Assembly (NCBI GenBank): GCA_036785375.1
Contig: JAWMAR010000061.1
Span: 9,114,001-9,178,000, forward strand
Direction of reading: 5' to 3'
Length of the DNA: 64,000 nt
Origin: Leucoraja ocellata
Taxonomy: Eukaryota
Below, piece after piece: positions 21,927-33,900 of this stretch. The position numbers were made by a program, and so were the translations under genes. Within the stretch, counting starts at the first letter, position 1. The number at the start of each line of letters is the position of its first letter. Under the pieces are notes generated by a model. It had not been told where the DNA came from and did not search any database. It saw only the letters and a list, made by a program, of their open reading frames with translations.

Positions 21927-24900
21927 CTAATGTTAAATAAAGAAAATAGGTAAAGGTTTATTAAATAAAACGTCCAGCTTAATATTATCCTTTCTACTGG
22001 ACAATCCAAGTCATGTCCTTGATCTAAAACATCATCTGTTTCTCTCTCCAGGAAAGCACCATAACTTGCTAAATATTATCATCATTATCTGTCTTTATTA
22101 CTGATAGAACGATTGTATCTTTGCCACTAGATCCGAATCAGGTTTGGAGTTCAGTGTTTGAAAATCACAATAAAATGCCATACATTTACACAAATGATGT
22201 ATGGTCAGTAATCTAATTGATGTGATATATTTCTTTCAGAAAACTTTCAAAAGGCATGGATTACAGATTGGTTCAGGGACAAAGTAAACCATGGGATTAA
22301 ATGGGTCATTGTTGGAATGGGAGATGGTGACGGGTGATGTCCCTCATGTGAAGCGATTGTCCACAATCTATATCAATGATGTAGATGAGAGGCAAGTGCA
22401 ATATGTCCAGATTTGCTGATCATAAGTGATAATAGAATTAAGCCATTCCGCCCATCAAGTCTACTCCTCCATTCAATCATTGCTGATCCATCTCTCCCTC
22501 CTAACCCCATTCTCCTGCCTTCTGACCTCTGACACGTACTAATCAAGAGAATATATCTATCTCTGCCTTAAATATATCCACTAACTTTGCCTCCATAGCC
22601 TTTTGTGGCAAAGAATTCCACAGATTCACCACCCTCTGACTAAAGAAATTCCTTCTCATCTTCCTAAAAGAACGTCCTTTAAATAGTGGAAACATCTTCT
22701 CCACATCCACTCCATCCAAGCTTTCGCTATTCGGTAAGTTTCAATGAGGTCCCCCATCATTCTTCTAAACTCCAGTGAGTACAGTCCCAGTGCCGGCAAA
22801 CGCTCATCATACGTTAATCTACTAATTCCTGGGAACATTCTTGAAAACCTCTCTGGACCCTCTCCAGAGCCAGCACATCCTTCCTCAGATATGGTGCCCA
22901 AAATTGCTCACAATATTCCAAATACGGCATGACCAGCGCCTTATAGAGCCTCAGCATTACATCCCTGTTTTTGTGAACAAGCCCTCTCAAAATAAATGCT
23001 AGCATTGCATTGGCTTTTTTTTACTACTGATTCGACTTGCAGATTAACATTTTGGGAATCCTGCACCAGTACTCACAATTCCCTTTGCACCTTCGATATC
23101 TGCATTCTCACCCCATTTAGAAAATTATTCTTACTATCAAAATGCACGACTCCACACTTTGCTACACTATATTCCATCTGCCACTTCTCCGCCCACTCTC
23201 CCAACCAGTCCAATTCCTTCTGCAGAGCCTGCTTTCTCTACACTACCTGCCCCTCCACCTATTTTCGTATCAGCCGCAAACTTGGCCACAAAGCCTTCAG
23301 TCAACTCATCCAAATCATGAATATAGAACGTGAAGAGTAGCGGCCCCAGCACTGAGCCCCGTGGAACTCTGCTAGTCACTGGCAGCCAACCAGAAAAAGC
23401 CCCCTTTATTGCCGCTCTTTGCCTTCTGCCTTCCAGCCAGCCTGCCATCCATTCTAGTATCTGCCAGTTAATACCATGGGTTCTCATCTTCCTTAGCAGC
23501 CACCCATGTGGCACCTTAGTAAAGGCTTTCTGTAAATCTAGGTTTCTGATGAAACAAAACAGGGAAGCAGTGAACTATTAGAAGGAATGCAAATGGCTCT
23601 ATTGGAATAGAAGGCTAAGGAAACAGTGAAGAGGGATGTACGGAGGAATATAATGTGGAAGAGTATGGAGTTGTCTACTTTGGATAAAAAGATTAAGGTA
23701 CTGTACTTTCCCCAAAATTGAGAAATTAAAAGCTGTTGATGCCCAGAAGGACGAAGGTCTACTTTACTAATCACTGCACAGCATAGTTCAGGATGACACC
23801 TCACTCACTGCAGTCCTGTCCACCGTGCCTGGTGGTGAAATATCAGAGCTGGTTGGCTCTGGGTTGTTACAGATTAATTACTGGGGAAGCAGGGACTTGA
23901 GGGATGAAATCAAGAGCATCTGTATGTTGGTTTCACTGTGATTCTCCCTGCAGCACAATAACTAAGTGACACATATGGCGAGCTCTAGCAGAAGACAACA
24001 GAACAACGCTGGCCTGGCAGCCTGGGCGCATTTACCTTGAATTGTTGGGAGGTAGCGTCTCTGTTGGAGTAGTTCAGGATGGCACGGCCAATGCTCTCGC
24101 CTCCAAGCTTGATGTCCTTGCAGTCGTCCATTGTCAGCCCGGCTTTCTTCCCCTTCCCCTCCAGTACAAAAATCAGTTGCTTCTTTCTGACAAGAAAAAT
24201 GTTACAATTGGAGGACTTCCTTTCCTGGGGTTTTGAACCGTAGACCTGTCTCTGGAGAGTTTGTCTCACAGCACCTTGTCAGAAGAGGCCTCAGGAAGCA
24301 CGGGGGGGGGGGGGGGGGGGGGGGGGAGGGGGGTTGGGAGGTTGGGAGAAGGGGGGGCTTTTGTAGTTTGCGATGTTAGCAAGTTACCACGTTTCATATC
24401 AATACACATAATCAAAAAGCACTCAATAGCATCACTGGTGTCTAAGCATGAAACATGTGGTTGAAATAACCTCAGCAAAGTAAAAGCAGCAAGTTACAGA
24501 TACAGGAGCAGATACTGGAAATCTAGAATTAAAACAAATGTCCCTCCCGCTGAAACTCTGGATTACTCTCGATTCTATTGTATATGTGTGTGTTATGATT
24601 GTGTTTATAATTTGTTTGGTTGTTTTGTTGTTTGTCTTTTGCACAAAAGTCCGCGAGCATTGCCACTTTCATTTCACTGCACATCTCGTATATGTATGTG
24701 ACAAATAAACTTGACTTGACTTGACTTGATATGGGAACTGAAGGATGGATCAGATGATCAATGGTTGGTGTGGAATGAAGAGTCTGAAGAAGGGTCTCGA
24801 CCCGAAACGTCACCCATTCCTTCTCTCCAGAGTTGCTGTCTGTCCTGTCGAGTTACTCCAGCATTTTGTGTCTACTGTTGGTGTGGGCCGAAGGACCTGT

Positions 24901-27900
24901 TTCCACGCTTTCCACAAAACCTTGGCTAATTTTTACAGAATAACTCCTTCTACAATGCTTCATGCAACACATGGGAGGAAGTAAACAGATTACTTGCAGC
25001 ATATTTCTGAACAAACATTTACAAATAGCAATAAACAACTCTATGGCACAAGAACCTATTGTTTAACCGAACTATCAATAAAATGAATTCTTACTTGATT
25101 TCTCCAAGTAATGAAAGTAGGCGAGGTTGGGGGATATGTGAAGCAGCAACTCGTGCTAAAATCCCAAAGAGTCGCTCACTCATCACCACATCCATGGGAG
25201 TTACCTGTTACAATTAGAAAACAAACAATGTGCTTTAACCTGAGGATTTAAAGTCCAGGTCAACAAACACTTTCATCATAATGAAACAAGATATCACTGG
25301 AGAGATATCCAGTCACAAGAAGAAAATATTAAAGCAGTAAAAGCCAAGACTGATGTCTAATGATCTATGACGGGATTAATGTAGATGGAAAAGAAAGACA
25401 CAAAGTCTAGAGTAACTCAGCGGGTCAGGCAGCATCTCTGGTGAACATGGATATGTGATGTTTCACAGTCTAGAGTAACTCAGAGGGCCAGGCAGCATCT
25501 CTGGTGAACATGGATAGGTGATGTTTCACAAAGTCTAGAGTAACACAGAGGGCCAGGCAGCATCTCTGCAGAACATGGATAGGCGATGTTTCGGGTTGGG
25601 AACTTTCTTCATTCTGGAACACCACCGATCCATTTTCTCCAGGGATGATGTCTGACCCGCTGACTTACTCCAACATTGTGTGTCTTTTTTTTTGTACATC
25701 AGCATCTACAATTCCTAGTTTCTACTACCTGATGTAAATGGAACTGTGATATACAGAAGAGAATTGGTGAATTTGCCAAGGAGATATTTTCTATAAGGAA
25801 GGTGCGATATAAGAGGTCAGCTTAATATAATAATAATAATAATAATCTTATTTATATAGCACATTTTTAGTCAACTTGCATTGACCCCAAAGTGCTTCAC
25901 ATAATTACATTACATTTACACACAGGCAAAGGTGGTGAAGTCTTGCCCCAAGGACACAACGACAGTATGCACTCCAAGCAGGATTCGAACCGGCTACCTT
26001 CTAGTCGCCAGCCGAACACTTAGCCCATTGCGCCATCTGTCGTCCCACTTACGATATTGGAGCCAATGGGGATGGAGCCAATGATGTTGGGCCCCTTGAT
26101 GTTGGGCCCCTTGATGTTGGGCCCGTGATTTTGAGGCCCTATATTGTCTGACGTGCTTACCTCTGCTCCATTTATTTTCTGGAGACCAAAGTGACTGAGC
26201 CTGAAGAGGACGTAGTACTTCCAGAGACTGAAGCTCACCACAGGGTTGCCCTGAGGACTGACGGTGAGTTGGTCCAACCGGCGGCCCTGTGCCAGCGCGT
26301 TGAACTGCTGCAGTTTGTGTAGGTTTGTGTCCTGGAACTTGAAATGCTGCAAACAAATGATACGAGAGATGTTGCGAATCAAATCTCCAGACCCAGGTTT
26401 CTCAACATCACTGACAGCAACATTTAAATGCGTCAACAATGCAGAGTTTGTTTAAAATAAAAATCTCTGCAACTATAAGCAAATTTCAGTCACCCTCTTA
26501 GTTATCCTACCTTCACATCTCTGTCTCCCAAAAAATCTTACCAAAATATTTGGGAATTTAATCCTTAAACGTGGCAACATGGGAATAATCTCATCGAAGT
26601 CGATAAACATGAAGGAGACGGTGGTGACGGCAGCTGCGGATTGCACCCCCCAGCTGCGCTCCAGGGATTCCAGGGCACCTAGCCCGTACAAGTGCAGTGT
26701 ATCTCTCTCCAGCTCCGCCAGGTGAGACTCTGCAATGGACAGTCCCTGCAATCCAGAGGCCAGCATCCCATCAGGAGACCTGCACAACACACACAAAGCA
26801 TCCATGGTCACTTGGACTTTTATCAGACCACTTTTTCTCTGAACTGTGGAGGTGCTACTTTTATAAGTTCACAGACTTTGGCATCTAAGATTTCTGCATC
26901 ATCGCTGATGCTTATTAGTCAGTCTCCAGCCAATCTGCCTCACTCCATTTGACATCAGGAAACAGCGCAGAGCACTCGTTAATGACTATGGGTCCAGACA
27001 ACATGCCAATGCAATACAGAAGATGGGTCTTCAATTGAGTTACAACACTGGCATTTGCCCAACTTTGTGCAAAATTGCCCCAACATTTATTGTTCATAAA
27101 AGAACAGGAGCAGGGGCCACATGATGCTACATCAGCCAACTCCCTCTCCGTATCCTTCCACTGGCTCTCTTCATCCTCCTCGTAGATTGTTTATCCACCT
27201 AATTCTGGATCTTCAACAGTACAAATGCAACCTGGCTAACTACTGCCCAACCAATCTACCGTCAAACAACAGCACTGTTCCTTCCGCCAGTGTTGGCAAG
27301 CACTGACTACTAAAGCAGTGCCTCAGGATCAAGGGTGCCCTGCTTCCATTCTGGTTCTGCTGGTTCTGGGGTGGCTGATGAGGTCAATATGGGAACTGCA
27401 GACGCTCACACAGACTGGGCCTGATGAGGCAGGCAGGTGGACAGACTGAGGCAGAGCATTCCTTCCACCACATTCATGGGTCTCTGTGTACTCCTAATGC
27501 CCAGTTTGTACTCCACACCTCATCACAGACATGACCAAACAGAGACAAAAGAGATGAGGTGAAAGTGACTGCCTTGGACATCAAGACAGAATGTAAACAA
27601 GTGTTGGTGGTCACTGGGCATCATAAGTGAAGAGTTGTCAGACCGCACTAATAATGTCTTTGCAAATCGAATCAAGTGACAGAACTAGTTTATCTAGCAC
27701 ACAATCAGAAGATGCATATTTTCATTCACGAGAAGATATTACCTCATGTTATGGGATTTTTCGGGTTTGGTGAGTTCTTGCTTGTTGCTCTCTGCTCTTT
27801 CCTTCCTACTGCTGCTTTTAGGACTCTGCAGGCTGTTGAGAGGCAACGGGTTTTAAACACACACACACATATATATATATTTTAAAAAGTATAAGTGCGA

Positions 27901-30900
27901 TTCCTTCCCAACTACATGGAATGCTGGAAGCACTGCATCCACAATCTCCACAACATAGGTCTTCAGCTCCTACTGATTTATTTCCTTTCATTCTCATTAA
28001 ACCCCCAACAGTTTTTTTACTGATACTAATTTCTTTGAGCAACCTCGCTGGACCTCGAGTTCCCTAGTCTTTCTGTGAATGTTTTTAGGTCTCCTTCAGT
28101 GAGAAAAGACACAAAACATTTCTTTAATTTCTCTGAATTTCCCAAATTCACAGTATAATTGCATCTGAATCAGATTCTAACGGGTCCACATTAACTTTAA
28201 CTATTCTTTGCCTGTACTGGATCTCAGATTTGCTGGTTTATGCTGTTCAGAAGGAGCTGATCATGGACTTTAGGAGGGCACATCATCCGAGGACGTACAC
28301 TCCATTGAGGATAAATGGGGATCCTGTGGATAGGGTGAACTGTTTTAAATATCTGGGAGTCCACATCTCCGAGGATATGACATGGGCATCACACGCCTCA
28401 GCACTCGTGAGTAAGGCAAGGCAGCGCCTTTACCACCTCAGGCAATTGAGGAAATTCAGAGTGTCTCCGAGGATCCTCCAGTGCTTCTACGCAGCGGCAG
28501 TGGAAAGCATCTTGTCCGGGAACATTACCATCTGGTTTGGGAATTGCTCTGCCAAGGACAAGAAGGCTCAGCAGAGAGTAGTGCGTTCGGCCGAACGCAC
28601 TATGGGAACTTCACTTGCCCCCCTGCAGGAACTATACATCAGGAGGTGCAACTCCAGAGCCAACAATATCATGAGAGACCCCTTCCACCCATGCAACAGA
28701 CTGTTCCAGCTGCTACGGTCAGGCAAACGCCTCCGTTGCCATGCGGTGAGAACGGAGAGGTTGAGAAGGAGTTACTTCCCAGAGGCCATTCGGACTGTAA
28801 ACGCCCATCTCACCAGGGACTAACTCTACTGAATATTTTTCCTTACATTATTTATTGTGTAAAAGAATATGTGTGTTATGATTGTGTTTATAGTTTGTTT
28901 GGTTGTTTGGTTGTTTGTCTTTTGCACAAGTCCACGAGCATTGCCACTTTCATTTCACTGCACATCTCGTATGTGTATGTGACAAATAAACTTGACTTGA
29001 CTTGACCTCCTGCACTATTCAGTCTGAGGGCAACTCCCAACTCACTATTTCTTAGCTCCATCCAAACTGATTCCATTTCATGATTGCCATAATTAAGATC
29101 CTCCCCCTCCAGGTGACGCAGTACAAGAAAGTACCTTGATTCTCGGGGCCACAGTTCCTGCTCAGACTGGGTGAGGTGGCAGGGCTTGTGAATACTGTTG
29201 TTACTGACTGTGCAGAGAGAGTATGCTTGCTGTGCCTCCTTGTCTGTTGCGAACGTTTGCTGCATCTCCCACTGTCTGGCAGCGTTACTAATAGCCAAGC
29301 GTCGCTTCTCCTGTGACCGGGAGCAGACAGTTAGGGCTTCCAGTTTAGGCGAGATAATCAATGAATGACAAAATCTGCAAGCAATGCATGAGATGAACAC
29401 CCATCTATCTACGTGGAGCGGTGGGTGGGGTGGGGACTGGTTGGTGAGATGAGAATCAGCAAAGTTACAGTGGTCCTTCACGCAGGTTGTATGGAGACGA
29501 AAGGCGGTGACCCCAGACCAGGACAGCTCTAGTGCTTGTGCTAATGAGTACATAAATAGGAAGGTGGAACGGATAAACGTGTGGCTGTGGATAAGTCTGG
29601 TAATGTCTAATGAGGCAGAATTAATTAATTCTTTTAATAGTAAAGATCTCCATGGATAGAGTGATCTTGGTATGGTGAAATTTCACATTGAGATGAGAAT
29701 GAAAAAGGGCCTGAAAATAGGTGTCATAAGCATAAAGCAATGGTATGAGGCGGAGATGGCTAAAGTGGACAGGAAAAATAGATTAATGAGCAAAACCAAA
29801 GAATAGCAATGGAAGAAATTTATGAAGATATTGTATAACTTCACCAGAGAAACATAAACACTCTCAGAAGGATTCACTATCAATCGCTAATTAAGGAATT
29901 CAACAATGGTACAAATTGAAAGAAAAGGCATACAACATTGCAAATATTAACTTTAGGCCAGAGAATGGGAATTTTTTAGGAATCAGCAAAGGATAACCAA
30001 GAGAGTTATAAAGAAGGAGAAGATAAAGTATGAGAGAAAACCTACGTAATGTAAAAAGAGAATTGATGCAAGTATAAGCAATATATAAGCAAAGTTCAAG
30101 CTGAAGCAAATATTAGTCCCTGCGAGGATAAGACTGGGAAATTAAAAATAGGAATAAGAGAAATAGCAAAGGTCCTCACGGGTCAGAATGTGCAGGGTAT
30201 GCTTGCCTTCATTGGTCAGGGGATTAAGTATAAGACACGGTGCTATAAGACTTGGACTAGGCTGCATTTGGAGTATTGCGTGCCGTTCTGGTCACCGCAA
30301 TAAAGGAAGAATGTGGAGGCTTGGGAGAGGGTGTAGAGATTTACGAGAAGACTGCTTGGATTAGGGGGTATTAGCTCCAAGGAGAGGTTGGACAGACAGA
30401 TTGATTTTCTGAAATGCAGGAGGTTGAGGGGAGAGCTGTAGAAGAATAGAAATTTAGATGTGTAGGAAGAAACTGCAGATGTTGGTATGAACCCGAGATA
30501 GACACAGAAAGCTGGAGTAACTCAGCAAGACAGGCAGCATGTCTGTAAAGAAGGAATGGGTGACGTTACCATGATCATATTGAATGGCGGTGCAGGCTCG
30601 AAGGGCCGAATGGCCTACTCCTGCACCTAATTTCTATGTTTCTATGTTTCGGGTCGTGACCCTTCTTCAGCCCTTCAGGTCTGAAGAAGGATCTCGTCCT
30701 GAAACATCACCCATTCCTTCTCTCTGGAGATGCTGCCTGTCCCGCTGAGTTACTCCAGCTTTCTGTGTCTATCTATAGAAAATTAGAAGAGGCGTAGACA
30801 GGGTAGACAGTCAGAACCTTTCTCCCAGTGTGGACATGTCAACTAGTGGACATAGCTTTAAGGTGAAAGGGACAAAGTTTAAAAGAAATGCGAGGAGCAA

Positions 30901-33900
30901 TTTTACTTTACAATGTGGGTGGTTGTTGTATGTTGAACGCACTGCCAGGGATAGTGGTGGAGGCGGATGCAATAGTGACTGGGAACGCACTGCCAGGGAT
31001 AGTGGTGGAGGCGGATGCAATAGTGACATATAAAAAGCTTTTAAATAGGCATACGAACATGCTGAGAATTGAGGGATACGGATCATGTGGTGGCAGAGGA
31101 GATTTGGCACAGACATTGAACCTTGAACGCAGCTGTTTCTGCTGGAATGATATTCACTCATCATCAATACTACTCCCATTAGTTATTTACTGAACATTCT
31201 TTTTTCAGTAAAACTACATTAAATTAAATTTGAGATTGGCTTTGATAAATTATCCATTTGTGTTGTTTTAAAAGATATTTTTTATTAACTTTTTACTCTT
31301 TAGGTTGTGGCTGTGAACCCAAAAACATCTTAAATATAATGCACAATAATTCAATATGATTCTATTTGGTTAGTTTATGGCTGTGTAATGGCTAGGACTG
31401 AAAGTAAATGGCCTCCTGCAATTGACACGTTTCTCTTTCTATTCATGCCACCGAATATTCTGTTATTATTTCACATTTGATTTTCAATTATTGACTATTG
31501 GATTATTTTTGCAATGAATATGAAACTAATACTCCAGCAGTGAGCCCGCACCTTCAAGATTGCCTGCTTGTGGATTTCACGTTTCTTGTCGTCCTCTTTC
31601 CTGGCCATGACCGATGCCATTCTCCTCTCCTCTTCCTGCGAAGAAATCAAACGTGTGAATTGCCTCTCTATTGAACAAAGTAATAGATTCCTTAAAATCC
31701 CATTTTTTACATCCCACCATTATTCCCCAACCCTCCAACAGGCCCGATGATTCTGTACCGTGCCCTTCCTGCTCTCCATTTAACCATGTCAGTGTGACAG
31801 CAACAGTATCAACTTCCCATGAGTTGACAAACACACTACGTTCACCTTCTTTCATTAAAATAACTTCCATTTAGTCTCACATTCCCCCCAAGTGGCTGAT
31901 CACACCCATGCCTGTGCTTTTACTGGGCTGATTTGCTGTCCTATATTTGACTGCACCTTCCCCAGACTGTCTATGGGGAATCTGGTCTATGTCCCATTCC
32001 CTGCCAAATTAGATGCAGACTTGTTCCCAACAGTCCCAGCAAACCTCCCTTTGAGGATGTTGGGTCTTTCTGGTTCAGCTTACGCAGGTCCAACATCCCT
32101 AGAAATAGTCCCAGTCATCTGGAAATCTAAATCTGCCTAATCAAATTAAACTCCAAATGCACCACAGTCCTGGAGCCTGTCATGTATCACTGGCTGCTAT
32201 ACTGTATTTCTATCAATGTCACAAATGGTTTTCAAATTCCATTTCAATCATCTTTCTAATCCCCAATTCAACTAGTTAATCCCAAAGTCTCAAAACTATT
32301 CCTCAACGAGATGAAGCAGTGGGTCAGTATAAGAGAGCATTCCATGAGTGTCTTGTTGCTCAGCCCACTGGACTGATGGACAGTGGCAGAGCTGGATGTT
32401 ACAGCACACATCCCACCAGTGCGGCCAGCCTAGGAGACTCACTGTTATTTTCTTCATGTCCAACTGTCGGAGCTGCACCATGTGTCGGAGAAGTGTTTGC
32501 TTGTACCATGACTCCTGAGCTATGGGATTGCCATCCAGGGTGACCTCCGAGAGTGATACAGAGTCTGCCAGGCAAGCAATGTTCTCAAATCTGCGTTTTA
32601 TGAAAACATTTAATTAAAGAGGCTAATGAAACTGCATTAAATACAATTAAGAAATGAGAAATAACTAATGGATACAACCATCTCTGAGAATCTTGAACAT
32701 AAATGAGCAAAGATGGATTCTCTGCTTTGCTAACTATCTCACAGACTGCACTCGCATCCCATCCCAAAGGTTTATGGTCACTATCTCTGTTGCATTAATT
32801 CAGCCTGATTTCTGGTCTATTGTGGCAGCTTGCTAATCAAGATAAAATGAATATTTAATTTAATCACATCTCACAACTAGTATCTTTCACTTCCGAAGTA
32901 GTATCAGTTTCTTGCAGTGGGATCCAATAGAGTATCCATTTAAATTGAATAAAACAACGGTGCAGTAAGTGGAGCAGCAGGTAGTGTTGCTGCCCACAGG
33001 TTTATGAAAATATGCAAAGATCAAATGTTTGCATATTAATTCTCAAGATACGAGTGTCACTGCATTCATTGCCCAATTTTAACTGAGCTGGAAAGATGGG
33101 ATTCCATCTGGTGAAATTGCTCTCTCATGCAGTTCCATGTAGGGCAATGCAAAGTTGGGCAAGAAGCTAAGTATGGGACCGCCTGATATAGAACACAAGC
33201 GCAGGGAGGTGATCGTTGAATCACACAAACATTATTTAAGTCATAAAATGTTGGAGTTACTCAGCGGGACAGGCCTGAAGAAGGGTCTCGACCCGAAATG
33301 TCACCCATTCCTTCTATCTAAAGATGCTGCCTGTCCCACTGAGTTACTCCAGCATTTTGTGTCTATCTTCGGTTCCTTCCTACACATTATTTAAGTCATA
33401 TTGAGCCAACTGTCAACGGCTGCAGACAAAACATCGCATGAAGGGTGCAGCTGAGGTGAACAAGGATTCTGCCAATGTTGAAACATTATAATTTTGAAGA
33501 GAAACTGCTAAAGGCAGGGGTGGAACTGAGAGGAGGTTCGATTGGAGCGGAGGCCTAGTCAGAGTGAACACAAATGAACCTGTTCCCTGGGTGGGAGATT
33601 GCAACCTTCACCTGGTCCACCCTGTTTCGACAAATGCAATCAACCCGGCGTGCACAATCAAATAAGATCAAATAGAACAAGTTGTCCGACAACTTTAGGC
33701 TGTGCACGCCATATGCAAGACGAAGAACCTGTTCCTTTGGCAGAAGAATCATTTGGAACCACAGATTTAAGGGACAGGATTGACATACAATTGGAAAGAA
33801 ATGGCCTGATTAGGAATGGTCAGTGAGGCTTTTAGTGTGGGAAATCATGTCTACAAATTTTTAAGAGATGACATTGATGAAGGCAGGGCAGCTATGCTTT

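Noticed and set aside
24302-24357. Long G homopolymer (also C runs at ~13025-13102 and ~35558-35588)
   Set aside because: Simple homopolymer expansions of uncertain assembled length; no further structure
25975-26046. tRNA-like sequence with A and B boxes on the minus strand
   Set aside because: No proper acceptor stem; it continues into CORE and L2-tail sequence, so it is a SINE head rather than a tRNA gene
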